DNA from: SAR86 cluster bacterium
GTDB taxonomy: Bacteria; Pseudomonadota; Gammaproteobacteria; Magnimaribacterales; D2472
Length of the DNA stretch: 64,000 nucleotides
Direction of reading: 5' to 3'
NCBI GenBank assembly: GCA_023703655.1
Contig: CP097973.1
Coordinates: 971,831-1,035,830 of the forward strand
Shown piece by piece: positions 38,351 to 48,650 of this stretch. Made by a program: the position numbers and the translations under genes. How positions within the stretch are numbered: the stretch's first letter is position 1; each line of letters starts with the position of its first letter. The notes beneath the pieces are model-generated. The model searched no databases and was not told the origin of the DNA. It saw nothing but the letters and a program-made list of their open reading frames with translations.

Positions 38351-39931
38351 TTACTCCCACTCAATGGTTGCAGGTGGTTTGCCAGTAACATCATAAACGA
38401 CCCTACTAATGTCAGCTATCTCGTTCACTATTCTATTTGAAACTTTGCTAATAAATTCATATGGTAGATCTGCCCACCTAGCAGTCATGAAGTCTACGGT
38501 CTCTACTGCACGCAGCGCAATAACATCAGCATACCTTCTCTCATCTCCAACAACACCAACAGTTTTAATTGGTAGATATACACAAAATGCTTGGCTTACA
38601 TCATCATATAAATCTGCCTTTATCAGCTCATTTATAAAGATTGAATCTGCTTCTTGGAGCAATCTTATCCGATCAGGATTAATTTCACCCATAATCCTTA
38701 CTCCAAGTCCAGGACCAGGAAACGGATGCCTATTTAAGATATCACTTGGTAGATCAAGTTTAGCACCAAGTTTCCTTACTTCATCTTTAAACAGATCTCT
38801 TAAAGGTTCTACTAACTCCATTTTCATCTCATCAGGAAGACCTCCAACATTATGGTGAGATTTTATGATTCTTGCCTCGTTTGATTCTGATTCGGACGAT
38901 TCAATTACATCAGGATAAATCGTACCTTGGGCAAGAAATTTAATTTCTTCTTTTGTTTTTATATTGACAGACTCATTATCAAAAATATCAATAAATGTTC
39001 TACCAATAATTTTTCTTTTTTGTTCAGGATCTTTTACTCCATTTAAGTGTCTATAAAAAGTTTTTTTTGCATCAACAACTTCAAGATTTAATTTGATATT
39101 TTCTTTAAATAGACTAACAACTTCTTCAACCTCATTTTTTCTTAATAACCCATTATCGATAAATACGCAGATTAAATTTGATCCAATCGCTTTATCTAGC
39201 AGCATTGCTGTGACAGATGAATCAACTCCACCTGACAGTCCTAATAATACTTTTTCATTGCCAACTTGTTCTTTAATTTCATTTACTCTTTGTTCAATTA
39301 AGTCTCCAATATTCCAGTCTTTTTTACATTTACAAATTAGAGAAACAAAATTACCCAAAATTTCAAGACCAAAATTAGTATGTGATACTTCAGGATGAAA
39401 TTGTAATGCGTAGTATGGCAATTCTTTGTGTTCCATAGATGCAATTTGAGCAGATTCAGTTGAGCCAGTTAATACAAAATTATTTGGGAGGCTAGAAACT
39501 TTATCTCCATGACTCATCCACACCTCTATTTCTTTTGTATTAATTCCTTTAAATAAAAGAGATTCTTCTTCAATTGAAAATTTTGAATAGCCAAATTCTT
39601 TTTTTCTTGAAGTTGTAACTTTTCCATCATTTTGTTCTGCAAGCGTTTGCATGCCATAACATATTCCTAAGATTGGAACGGATAATTCAAAAATTGAGTT
39701 ACTAATTCTTGGAGTATTAGTTTTCGTTACTGATTCAGGTCCACCAGAGAGAATCACGCCTTTTGGATTAAGGTATTGTAATTTTTCTGAAGAAATATCC
39801 CAAGGAAGAATCTCAGAATAAACTCCTATTTCTCTAATTCTTCTAGCAATTAGTTGAGTGTATTGTGAACCAAAATCTAGAACTAATATGGTGTCAATAT
39901 CTTTATCAGCAATTGACAGCTTTTTCATCAT
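38351..39931 (-). CDS. guaA: GMP synthase (glutamine-hydrolysing)
   Basis: LDFGSQY, GICYGMQ, QFHPEV, SGGVDS, IKSHHNVGG, KPPATIEWE. Confidence 0.98.
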   Translation of the reverse strand: MMKKLSIADKDIDTILVLDFGSQYTQLIARRIREIGVYSEILPWDISSEKLQYLNPKGVILSGGPESVTKTNTPRISNSIFELSVPILGICYGMQTLAEQNDGKVTTSRKKEFGYSKFSIEEESLLFKGINTKEIEVWMSHGDKVSSLPNNFVLTGSTESAQIASMEHKELPYYALQFHPEVSHTNFGLEILGNFVSLICKCKKDWNIGDLIEQRVNEIKEQVGNEKVLLGLSGGVDSSVTAMLLDKAIGSNLICVFIDNGLLRKNEVEEVVSLFKENIKLNLEVVDAKKTFYRHLNGVKDPEQKRKIIGRTFIDIFDNESVNIKTKEEIKFLAQGTIYPDVIESSESESNEARIIKSHHNVGGLPDEMKMELVEPLRDLFKDEVRKLGAKLDLPSDILNRHPFPGPGLGVRIMGEINPDRIRLLQEADSIFINELIKADLYDDVSQAFCVYLPIKTVGVVGDERRYADVIALRAVETVDFMTARWADLPYEFISKVSNRIVNEIADISRVVYDVTGKPPATIEWE

Positions 39932-39937
39932 TGCAGT

Positions 39938-41401
39938 CTAACTTCTTTGGTAATTTGGTGCTTCTTTTGTAATCATTACATCATGAACATGACTTTCTGT
40001 CATACCTGCATTTGTAACTTCAATGAATTCAGTTTGTGTTTGCATCTCCTCAATTGTTTTGCAACCAACATAACCCATACTTTGTCTTAGTCCACCTTCA
40101 AATTGATCTAATACTTTTACAACGACTCCTTTATAAGGAACACGGCCTTCTACTCCTTCAGGAACTAGTTTATGTGTTTCAACATCTTCTTGAGAATACC
40201 TATTGGCATCATTTCTCTCTGCCATTGCTCCCAATGAACCCATACCGCGGTAAGTTTTAAAGCTTCTTCCTTGATAAAGCTCGACCTCGCCTGGCGCTTC
40301 TTCCGTCCCAGCAAGTGCACTGCCTAGCATTACCGAAGATGCTCCGGCAGCAATTGCCTTAGCTAAATCGCCCGAAAATCTTATCCCACCGTCAGCAATT
40401 AAAGGTACAGATAATTTTTTAATAGCTTCTCTTATCTTCATAATTGCAGTGACTTGAGGTACGCCAATACCTGCAATAATTCTAGTAGTGCAAATAGAAC
40501 CAGGACCCATTCCGATCTTAACTGCATCAGCACCAGCTTCAATTAATGCAAGCGCTCCATCAGGTGTGGCAACATTACCTCCTACGACTTGAATATCACT
40601 AAAGGTTTGCTTGATAAGTTTTACGGTATCGATAACATTTTTTGAGTGACCATGAGCGGAATCTACTACCAAAACATCTACACCGGCTGCCCCTAAAGCT
40701 TCTGCTCGTTCAATAGTTTGTGTTTCGGTTCCAATTGCTGCGGCCACTATAAGTTGACCGGAGGAATCTTTGGTTGCTAGTGGAAAAGCTGCAGATTTTT
40801 CTATATCTTTCATAGTCATCAAACCTGACAAGTTTCCTGCTTTATCTAAAACAAGAACTTTTTCGATACGATTTTGATACATTAGTTTTTTCACTGTGTC
40901 TTGATCGGTTCCTTCGCTTACGGTAACTAAATCTTCATAACTAGTCATAATGCTGGCAACCTTTGCATTCATGTCGTCTGCATATCTAAAATCTCTAGCA
41001 GTTACTATTCCCCTCAACTTACCATTATCAACCACCGGCATGCCTGAAATATTTAGCTCGCTAGTGAGCTGCATCAATTCATCGATTGTTTTAGTGGAAG
41101 AAATAGTTATAGGATCCTTTACAATGCCGCTTTCGTATTTCTTAACTGTTTTCACTTGTTGAGCTTGTGCATCGATATCATTATTCTTATGAATGACACC
41201 TATCCCCCCGCTTTCAGCAAGCGCTATGGCCATTTTTGATTCGGTAACAGTATCCATCGCCGCAGACACTATCGGTAAATTTAGACTGATTTCTCTAGTA
41301 AAGGCAGATTTGAGAATTGCATCGTTAGGAGCAAAGTCAGAAAAACGTGGAAGTAAGAGTACATCGTCAAAAGTAAGAGACTTGAATTTGATCTTTTCCA
41401 T
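39938..41401 (-). CDS. guaB: IMP dehydrogenase
   Basis: [42 protein letters not shown]. Confidence 0.98.
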   Translation of the reverse strand: MEKIKFKSLTFDDVLLLPRFSDFAPNDAILKSAFTREISLNLPIVSAAMDTVTESKMAIALAESGGIGVIHKNNDIDAQAQQVKTVKKYESGIVKDPITISSTKTIDELMQLTSELNISGMPVVDNGKLRGIVTARDFRYADDMNAKVASIMTSYEDLVTVSEGTDQDTVKKLMYQNRIEKVLVLDKAGNLSGLMTMKDIEKSAAFPLATKDSSGQLIVAAAIGTETQTIERAEALGAAGVDVLVVDSAHGHSKNVIDTVKLIKQTFSDIQVVGGNVATPDGALALIEAGADAVKIGMGPGSICTTRIIAGIGVPQVTAIMKIREAIKKLSVPLIADGGIRFSGDLAKAIAAGASSVMLGSALAGTEEAPGEVELYQGRSFKTYRGMGSLGAMAERNDANRYSQEDVETHKLVPEGVEGRVPYKGVVVKVLDQFEGGLRQSMGYVGCKTIEEMQTQTEFIEVTNAGMTESHVHDVMITKEAPNYQRS

Positions 41402-41406
41402 ATGGA

Positions 41407-41412
41407 ATTATA
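41407..41412 (-). promoter_or_regulatory. Putative -10 box (TATAAT) 5 nt upstream of guaB ATG
   Basis: Minus strand TATAAT-TCCAT-ATG; no Shine-Dalgarno. Confidence 0.45.
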
Positions 41413-41460
41413 CTTATATGAAATAGAAAAAAAAAGTGCAGACAAAATTGTTATTAAAAA

Positions 41461-41799
41461 TTAACCACTTTTTAGCTGGTCTGTTTTAGCTGCGCATATA
41501 AAATCATTCATATGAAGTCCTTTGATTTTATGGGACCACCAAGTAACTCTAACGCTGCCCCACTCGAGTAAAATTGCTGGATGATGATCTTCAATTTCTG
41601 CCATTTCTGCAACATTGGTAGCAAAATTAATTGAATCTTGGTAATTACTAAATGTATATACCTTAACAAGCTTATTTATTTCTTCTTTCACTATCTCCCA
41701 ACCAGGCAAGTCACTCATCAATTCACTATATTCAGCTTCATCAACTAAGGGCGCATCTATCGTGCACGCAACACATTTTTGCCCTTTTAAATTTTTCAC
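41461..41799 (-). CDS. phhB: Pterin-4-alpha-carbinolamine dehydratase
   Basis: CVAC, EDHHPAI, WWSHKIKGLHMNDFICAAK. Confidence 0.93.
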   Translation of the reverse strand: MKNLKGQKCVACTIDAPLVDEAEYSELMSDLPGWEIVKEEINKLVKVYTFSNYQDSINFATNVAEMAEIEDHHPAILLEWGSVRVTWWSHKIKGLHMNDFICAAKTDQLKSG

Positions 41800-43184
41800 T
41801 TGAGTCCGCCCTTAGTAAGATTGGCTGGATTCAATATTGATTTAAGTTTTTTTATTTGAATACCAGTAATCTCATGAGCAACTTCAATAACTGATCTATT
41901 TTCTTTGTATGCTTTTTTTGCAATTAAGGCTGCCTTCTCATATCCGATCTCGCGGTTAAGCGCAGTTACTAAAATGGGATTCTTTGAAACTGATAAAGAG
42001 ATATTTTCTTTATTTACTTTAAAGGTTCGTATGCCCTTCTGTGCAAGAAATTCACAAGAATTAGCCATAAGGGTGATTGATTTCAAAAGATTGTAGGCGA
42101 TGACTGGAAGCATTACATTGAGTTGAAAGTTTCCAGATTGATTTGCATAAGATATAGTTAAATCATTTCCCATAACATCTGCAGCAGCCATCATTACAGC
42201 CTCAGATACAACTGGATTCACTTTGCCTGGCATAATGCTACTGCCTGGTTGTAAAGCCTCAAGCTCTATTTCACTTAAGCCATTCATTGGACCGCTATTC
42301 ATCCATCGCAAATCATTAGAAATTTTTAGAATAACCAAAGAAAGATTTTTTACTGCGGTTGATAGATTTGTAGCAGCATCCTGGCTGCTAAGAGATTTAA
42401 AATAATTTGAAGAGGTTCTGAATCTAAGTTTTGTGAGCTTTGAGGCTTCCTCTGCAAAAATCTTTCCGAACTGTTTTGGTGCATTAATTCCCGTTCCAAT
42501 TGCAGTGCCTCCTTGAGGAAGACTAAGGACGGGGTTTAGTGCTAGTTCTATGTATTTCTTTTGATCCTCTAATTGAGCGATCCATCCCGACAACTCTTGA
42601 GAGAAGTTAAGAGGCATAGCATCCATTAAATGCGTTCTACCGGTTTTAGTAATTTTCGCAACGGCAGATTTTTTCTTCTGCAATTCTTTAAGCAATAAAT
42701 TTAATTTGGGGAGCAGAAGTCTAGAAATATCAATTGCAGCCGATATGTGGATAGCAGTTGGGATTACATCATTACTACTTTGACTCATGTTCACATGATC
42801 ATTTGGATGAATTTTTACTCGCGCTCTCTTTGTTGCAATATTTGCAATTACTTCGTTGGCATTCATGTTGGTGCTAGTCCCTGATCCAGTTTGAAAAATA
42901 TCTAGTGGAAATTGATCATCATATTTACCTTCAAGAACTTCTCTTGCTGTTTGTTGAATAAATTTAGCTTTTTTAGTGTCAAGTAATTTTAGTTTTTTAT
43001 TTGTAATTGCAGCAGAGTACTTAATAATGCCAAGTGCCTCTATGAATGACCTACCAAATGGAAAAGCAAATTTTATTCCACTAATTTTGAAGTTTTCCAA
43101 AGCGCGTTGTGTTTGAGCTCCCCACAATGCATCTTTTGGCACTTGAATCTCGCCAAGTGAATCTTTTTCTATTCGATATTTCAT
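41796..43184 (-). CDS. fumC: Class II fumarate hydratase
   Basis: WGAQTQR, QTGSGTSTNMN, GRTHLMDA, GSSIMPGKVNP. Confidence 0.97.
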   Translation of the reverse strand: MKYRIEKDSLGEIQVPKDALWGAQTQRALENFKISGIKFAFPFGRSFIEALGIIKYSAAITNKKLKLLDTKKAKFIQQTAREVLEGKYDDQFPLDIFQTGSGTSTNMNANEVIANIATKRARVKIHPNDHVNMSQSSNDVIPTAIHISAAIDISRLLLPKLNLLLKELQKKKSAVAKITKTGRTHLMDAMPLNFSQELSGWIAQLEDQKKYIELALNPVLSLPQGGTAIGTGINAPKQFGKIFAEEASKLTKLRFRTSSNYFKSLSSQDAATNLSTAVKNLSLVILKISNDLRWMNSGPMNGLSEIELEALQPGSSIMPGKVNPVVSEAVMMAAADVMGNDLTISYANQSGNFQLNVMLPVIAYNLLKSITLMANSCEFLAQKGIRTFKVNKENISLSVSKNPILVTALNREIGYEKAALIAKKAYKENRSVIEVAHEITGIQIKKLKSILNPANLTKGGLK

Positions 43185-43232
43185 AAATTTTGCAATTTGG
43201 TTAAACTATTTTACACGCTTGAGGGAAAAAAG

Positions 43233-44042
43233 ATGTCAAAAGTTGTACCTTTAAAAATTGATACTGATTTAGGTAAATTGCCTTTAAAAGAAAAAGGCTT
43301 AGATATGATTGATTTTAAATCGACCGAGGAGCTTAGAAGAAATCAGTTAGAAAAATTAGTTGCGGGATTTAGATTGTTTTCATATTTTGGATATGATGAA
43401 GGTGTTGCAGGACATATCACGTTTAGAGATCCTGAATTTGATGATCATTTTTGGGTAAATCCACTTGGTGTTCATTTTGGACAAATCAAAATATCTGATT
43501 TATTGCTTGTTAATCATGATGGAGAGGTTGTTCAGGGCGATAGGCCAGTAAATGTAGCAGCATTTGCAATTCATTCAAGACTTCATAAAGCAAGACCTGA
43601 TGTAAATGCCGCCGCTCACTCACACTCTTTATACGGCAGAACCTTCTCATCTTTGGGCAAAAAAATTGATCCAATCACACAAGATGCATGTGCATTTTAT
43701 GAGAGACAAGCTATTTATGAGGACTTTTCAGGCGTTGTTGAAGAAACTGATGAAGGAGACAGAATTGCCTCTGCACTTGGTGACAAACAAGTACTCATTC
43801 TTAAGAATCATGGGATTTTAACAACAGGTAGTTCTGTAGATATTGCTTTGTGGTACTTTTTGTCGATGGAAAAATCATGTCAAGCACAACTTATGGCAGA
43901 AGCAGCAGGCACTCCAGAACTTATACCTCACGAAACCGCTATCAAAACACGTGAATTTATAGCAAATGAAGTTGCCTTGTGGGCAAGCTATCAGCCTATG
44001 TTTGATATGATTGTTGAAAAGCAGCCAGATCTTCTTGATTAA
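43233..44042 (+). CDS. Class II aldolase/adducin-family protein
   Basis: EGVAGHIT, AFAIHSRLH, HSHS, LKNHG; ATG 43233 follows GAGGG. Confidence 0.9.
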   Translation: MSKVVPLKIDTDLGKLPLKEKGLDMIDFKSTEELRRNQLEKLVAGFRLFSYFGYDEGVAGHITFRDPEFDDHFWVNPLGVHFGQIKISDLLLVNHDGEVVQGDRPVNVAAFAIHSRLHKARPDVNAAAHSHSLYGRTFSSLGKKIDPITQDACAFYERQAIYEDFSGVVEETDEGDRIASALGDKQVLILKNHGILTTGSSVDIALWYFLSMEKSCQAQLMAEAAGTPELIPHETAIKTREFIANEVALWASYQPMFDMIVEKQPDLLD

Positions 44043-45463
44043 TTTCCAATAATAGCTTTTGTTTCAAGACATTCATGAAGCCCAAGCATGCCATGCTCGC
44101 GACCATTTCCAGAAGTTTTAAATCCACCAAAAGGTGCTGATGGTCCTCTACTTCTTCCGCCATTAATAGAAATTTGTCCAGCTCGTATCTTATTAGCTAC
44201 TTGTTTTGCTCTTTCAGGGTTTCCAGACTGAACATAGCCAGCCAAACCATATGGCGTATCATTGGCAATCTCTACAGCCTCATCTTCAGTTTCATACTTA
44301 AGAATACTTAACACTGGTCCGAAAATTTCTTCTCGTGCAATAGTCATATCATTCGTTACATCAGAAAAGATTGTTGGCTTTACAAAAAAACCCTTTTCAA
44401 AACCATCAGGTAATTCTGAACCTCCAGTGACCAGTTTTGCGCCCTCCTCAACTCCAAGATCAATTAATCTCTTAACCTTTTCGTATTGCGTTCTATTTGA
44501 TATTGGACCAATTTTAGTGCCGTCCTCATTTGGATAACCAACTACTGTGGCTTCTGCAGCAGCTTTAGCAATTTTAACTGCATCATCGTATTGTGATGCA
44601 TGAACAAGCATTCTGGTAGGTGCATTACATGATTGTCCTGTATTTAAGAAACATAAATTTACTCCCGCTGATACAGCTTTTTCAAGATCAGCATCATCTA
44701 GGATAATATTTGCAGATTTTCCACCTAGTTCTTGTGCTACTCTCTTTACAGTGGGAGCTGAAGACTGAGCTACAGCAATTCCAGCTCTGGTAGATCCTGT
44801 GAAATGCATCATATCAACATCTGGATGAGTAGAAAGTGCATCACCAACAACAGGTCCAAGGCCATTTACAAGGTTAAAGACACCATTTGGTAGATCTGAT
44901 TTCTCAATCACTTTAGCAAGATGAATACCACAGAATGGAGATATTTCACTTGGCTTTAGAACCATTGTACAGCCAGCTGCAATTGCTGAAGCAACCTTTG
45001 TACTCATTTGATTCATTGGCCAATTCCAAGGAGTGATCATGCCAATTACACCAATTGGTTCTTTACGTATGAGAAATGATTCGCCATCTTCCTCAAAATC
45101 AAATTCTTTTAAGACTTCTAAGGTATCTTTAAAATGTTGAAGCCCTGAGGTAACTTGAGCAACTTTTGAAAGCCATAATGGTGCTCCCATTTCTTCACTG
45201 ATGATCGCAGCAAGTTCTTCAGATGAGTCCTCATAATTTGTAATAATTGATTCTAGAAGTGCGATTCTTTCATCTTTAGATGATGACCCAAATGTTGCAA
45301 AAGCATTTTTTGCTGCTTCAACAGCATCTGAAATATCTTCTTTAGATCCAGCTGCAATGGTTCCAATAATTTCTTCTGTGGCCGGATTTTCAACTTCAAT
45401 GATTTCAGTGGATGAAGGATCAACCCACACTCCATTTATAAAAAATTTATGTTCTTCTTTCAT
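44039..45463 (-). CDS. Aldehyde dehydrogenase
   Basis: ITPWNWP, FTGST, QELGGKS, GQSCNAP, EEIFGPV, PFGGFK. Confidence 0.95.
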   Translation of the reverse strand: MKEEHKFFINGVWVDPSSTEIIEVENPATEEIIGTIAAGSKEDISDAVEAAKNAFATFGSSSKDERIALLESIITNYEDSSEELAAIISEEMGAPLWLSKVAQVTSGLQHFKDTLEVLKEFDFEEDGESFLIRKEPIGVIGMITPWNWPMNQMSTKVASAIAAGCTMVLKPSEISPFCGIHLAKVIEKSDLPNGVFNLVNGLGPVVGDALSTHPDVDMMHFTGSTRAGIAVAQSSAPTVKRVAQELGGKSANIILDDADLEKAVSAGVNLCFLNTGQSCNAPTRMLVHASQYDDAVKIAKAAAEATVVGYPNEDGTKIGPISNRTQYEKVKRLIDLGVEEGAKLVTGGSELPDGFEKGFFVKPTIFSDVTNDMTIAREEIFGPVLSILKYETEDEAVEIANDTPYGLAGYVQSGNPERAKQVANKIRAGQISINGGRSRGPSAPFGGFKTSGNGREHGMLGLHECLETKAIIGN

Positions 45464-45483
45464 AGTCTTATTTGTTTTTTTGA

Positions 45484-46899
45484 TTATACCCTGTTGCTCT
45501 TAAATGCATCAATCGCTCTTATTCGTGATGATTTTAAATCAACAATAGGATTATGATAATCAATATTATTTAAAAGATCACTCTTTGGAAGATGAATATT
45601 CTTGTTGTCAACTGAATTCAGTGAAGGAATAAATTTTCTTATAAATTCTCCATCTGGATCAAAATTTTGTGATTGAGTCACTGGGTTGAATATTCTGAAA
45701 TATGGTGCTGCATCTGTCCCAGTAGAAGCACTCCATTGCCAACCTCCATTATTTGACGAAAAGTCACCATCTATAAGATTATTCATAAAATGTGCTTCTC
45801 CAATTCGCCAATCATGAAGAAGATTTTTTGTAAAAAACATAGCAACTACCATTCTCAATCGGTTATGCATCCATCCCTCTTGAGTTAGTTGTAACATTGC
45901 TGCATCAATGAAAGGGAACCCAGTTTTTCCATTTTTCCAAGCGTGGATTTCGTCTTGATTATTTCGCCATGCAATCGTTTCTGTTGAGAGGTTAAAAGGT
46001 TTGTTTTTGCTCACGTGCGGGAAGTTGTGCATGATGTTTCTGTAAAATTCTCGCCATACAATTTCATCTACCCACTTACAAATACCATTATTACCTGCAT
46101 CCAATTCAAAATTATTTTCTTTAATTGCCTCATAGATACATCTTCTTGGTGAAAGAATTCCAAGAGCTAAATATGGCGACAGTCTGCTTGTGGCATCCAA
46201 AAATGGATGGTTTCTATTCTTAGAATATAAGGTTATTGACTTTTCTATGAATAATTCCAGTCGCTTTCTAGCTTCAACCTCACCGGCTGGCCAAATTTCC
46301 ATATTTACTTGATGTGTTTGATTAAAAGAAATATTTTTTTTATCTTTGGGGTTTACTAATGCAAACTTATTTTTCTTTTTTGGGGCTTTATTGAAGTCAA
46401 ATAAATCTAACGAAAAGTTCTCGATCCATTTTTTTTTAAATGGGGTAAATACAGAAAAAGGTTTATCTTGTCCTGTTCTAAGGCTTCCTGGTGAAAAAAT
46501 TACCTGATCATGATATTGATGAAAATTTATATCTTGCTTTTGAAGGTATGCAATTAATTTTTGGTCACGATTATTCTCGTCGTATCCAAATTCGTTGTTC
46601 CAAAAAATTGCCTTGAACGCATTGATTGCAATATATTCTTTGATGAGTTCAACAGAGTCATCAAAAGTATCAACCTCAAATGAACAAAGATCTATGTTTA
46701 GCTGCTGTAACTCATTTTTAAGTTTTGCTAAATTTTCTAAGACAAAATGCTCTTTAACATTAGAGTTATTATTTTTGTACCATGTTTTTCTGGAGAAAAT
46801 ATATATACAACTAACCTCATCATATGCTTCGCATGCATTTAAAAATGCTGGATTATCATCAATCCTGAGATCAGATCGTAACCATACAAGCGCTTTCAA
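45484..46899 (-). CDS. phrB: CPD DNA photolyase
   Basis: WLRSDLRIDDN, TSRLSPYL, WREFY, GWMHNRLRM, NNGGWQW, PYFRIFNP. Confidence 0.96.
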   Translation of the reverse strand: MKALVWLRSDLRIDDNPAFLNACEAYDEVSCIYIFSRKTWYKNNNSNVKEHFVLENLAKLKNELQQLNIDLCSFEVDTFDDSVELIKEYIAINAFKAIFWNNEFGYDENNRDQKLIAYLQKQDINFHQYHDQVIFSPGSLRTGQDKPFSVFTPFKKKWIENFSLDLFDFNKAPKKKNKFALVNPKDKKNISFNQTHQVNMEIWPAGEVEARKRLELFIEKSITLYSKNRNHPFLDATSRLSPYLALGILSPRRCIYEAIKENNFELDAGNNGICKWVDEIVWREFYRNIMHNFPHVSKNKPFNLSTETIAWRNNQDEIHAWKNGKTGFPFIDAAMLQLTQEGWMHNRLRMVVAMFFTKNLLHDWRIGEAHFMNNLIDGDFSSNNGGWQWSASTGTDAAPYFRIFNPVTQSQNFDPDGEFIRKFIPSLNSVDNKNIHLPKSDLLNNIDYHNPIVDLKSSRIRAIDAFKSNRV

Positions 46900-47882
46900 C
46901 TTATTAACTCCATAATTTGTTCCTTAAGAATTTGTCTATTTGAACTGACTAAATCACTAGAGTTATTTCTATGATCAATATCAAAATTTTCAATACTTAA
47001 TCTTTTGATGAATCCTAGTTTTTCGTATTTTTTTATATGATTCTTGAATCTAATAGGCGCATTTATCCTTTTAGGGTAAATAGTCGATACTGGTCGACCA
47101 CTAGATATAGACTCAGATATCATCATAGCACTATCTTCAGTTACAAAGATATGTGCTGAAATGGAAAATGCATTTGATAGATCAAAATTTGAGGATCCTG
47201 CATGAAATAAACCACTTTCCTTATGGTCAATGAAAGCGTCTAATGCAAGTGCTAACTTCCTCTCTACATTTGGATTGGTTCGCCTTGATGTAACCAAACA
47301 TATTTCTTTTTCATGTTTGTTTGCAATCTTTTTAACATTGTTTATAAAGCTATCCCATTCAGTATCTGAATATTCATAACCAATTCCCTTTCCTCCAATA
47401 CAAAATAAGATATGACTATCTTTGTTAGAAAGCTGATTGATTGTATTAGGAGAATATTTATTTGGAGTAATATCAGCAACTACATTATTTTCACTATCAA
47501 AATATCTCTCTGAGGTAACAATGGCTGTAAAGTTTGATGCCGGCAAACCCCTAGGAGAGCCTAATTGAATGCTTTTGGTGACTTGAAGGAATTGTATTGC
47601 AGAACATACAGCAGCTGTATTTCCACCTGACGCAATAATTAAATCATATTTATCAAGCAGATTAATAGAATATGTCCAAAGTATAAAATTTGCTTTCGTT
47701 TTACTAATATTTTTTGACAACAATCTACAAAGAAATCGTGTTATCGATCTCAAAAAATGTATTCTTGGCGTTACATAAATGACAGAAAAATTACTGTATG
47801 ATCTTCCAAAAAGTAGATGCATCATTCCAAAAGATTGATTGAAATGTCCTGGAATGTTGTCGCTTAATATACAAATTTTCAT
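46896..47882 (-). CDS. ELM1/GtrOC1-family putative glycosyltransferase
   Basis: LSD..PGHFNQS, IGG, VTSRRT, VTEDSAMMISE. Confidence 0.88.
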   Translation of the reverse strand: MKICILSDNIPGHFNQSFGMMHLLFGRSYSNFSVIYVTPRIHFLRSITRFLCRLLSKNISKTKANFILWTYSINLLDKYDLIIASGGNTAAVCSAIQFLQVTKSIQLGSPRGLPASNFTAIVTSERYFDSENNVVADITPNKYSPNTINQLSNKDSHILFCIGGKGIGYEYSDTEWDSFINNVKKIANKHEKEICLVTSRRTNPNVERKLALALDAFIDHKESGLFHAGSSNFDLSNAFSISAHIFVTEDSAMMISESISSGRPVSTIYPKRINAPIRFKNHIKKYEKLGFIKRLSIENFDIDHRNNSSDLVSSNRQILKEQIMELIS

Positions 47883-47891
47883 GATTATTCA

Positions 47892-48644
47892 TTATAAATA
47901 TTTACTTTGGTATTTTTTAAATAAGAGATCATGTGCGAGCTTTTTTTCTACATCTAAGATGTCATCATGTCGATCGACTCCAATAATTTTTTCTTTCGAA
48001 AGAAGTCCTGTAATAGGAATATCATTTTCAAGAAATCTCATCATATCAATTGATTCGAGTTGCTCGCATAAGGTCGTCTCTAGAGATACATATTGTTTTA
48101 GCATGAAACTTGTAAAACCGATAATGCCAAGTTGGCGATAGAATTTTTCAGCATTGTTTGGAATTACTGATCGTGAAAAATAAATGATTTCATTCAATTT
48201 ATTCAATATTACTTTCACAACATCTTCGCTAGTTGCTTCAGCTTTATTGATTTCAATCACTTGATTCACAATCTCTGCACCCTCAGTTAATTTTTTGATC
48301 ACAGAATTTATCTCTGAAGGCAAAACTAGTGGTTCGTCGCCTTGAATGAGAATTGTATGTGAATATGTTTCACCCTGATCAGCTTCCAACATTCTAAGGG
48401 TCTCTTCAGCTCTTTCAGATGCTCTTTCATGCAAATTACTAGTAATAATAGCGGGAATATTTCTTTCAAAACACCAATCACGAATCACAGTATTTGGTGT
48501 AGAAATAACTAATTCGTCACAATCTGACATTGAGGCCCTCTCATAACAATGAGCTATCATGGGTATTCCCAGAATATTTTCTAATGGTTTGCCAAAGAAC
48601 CTTGATGATTCCATTCTGGCTGGAATAACTCCCAATACTTTCAT
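47892..48644 (-). CDS. kdsB: KdsB-like CMP-ulosonate synthetase (divergent)
   Basis: IPARMESSRFFGKPL, IQGDEP, YFSR; RQLG and ESIDMMR replace canonical HIG and EKLEQLR. Confidence 0.82.
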   Translation of the reverse strand: MKVLGVIPARMESSRFFGKPLENILGIPMIAHCYERASMSDCDELVISTPNTVIRDWCFERNIPAIITSNLHERASERAEETLRMLEADQGETYSHTILIQGDEPLVLPSEINSVIKKLTEGAEIVNQVIEINKAEATSEDVVKVILNKLNEIIYFSRSVIPNNAEKFYRQLGIIGFTSFMLKQYVSLETTLCEQLESIDMMRFLENDIPITGLLSKEKIIGVDRHDDILDVEKKLAHDLLFKKYQSKYL

Positions 48645-48650
48645 AATTGT

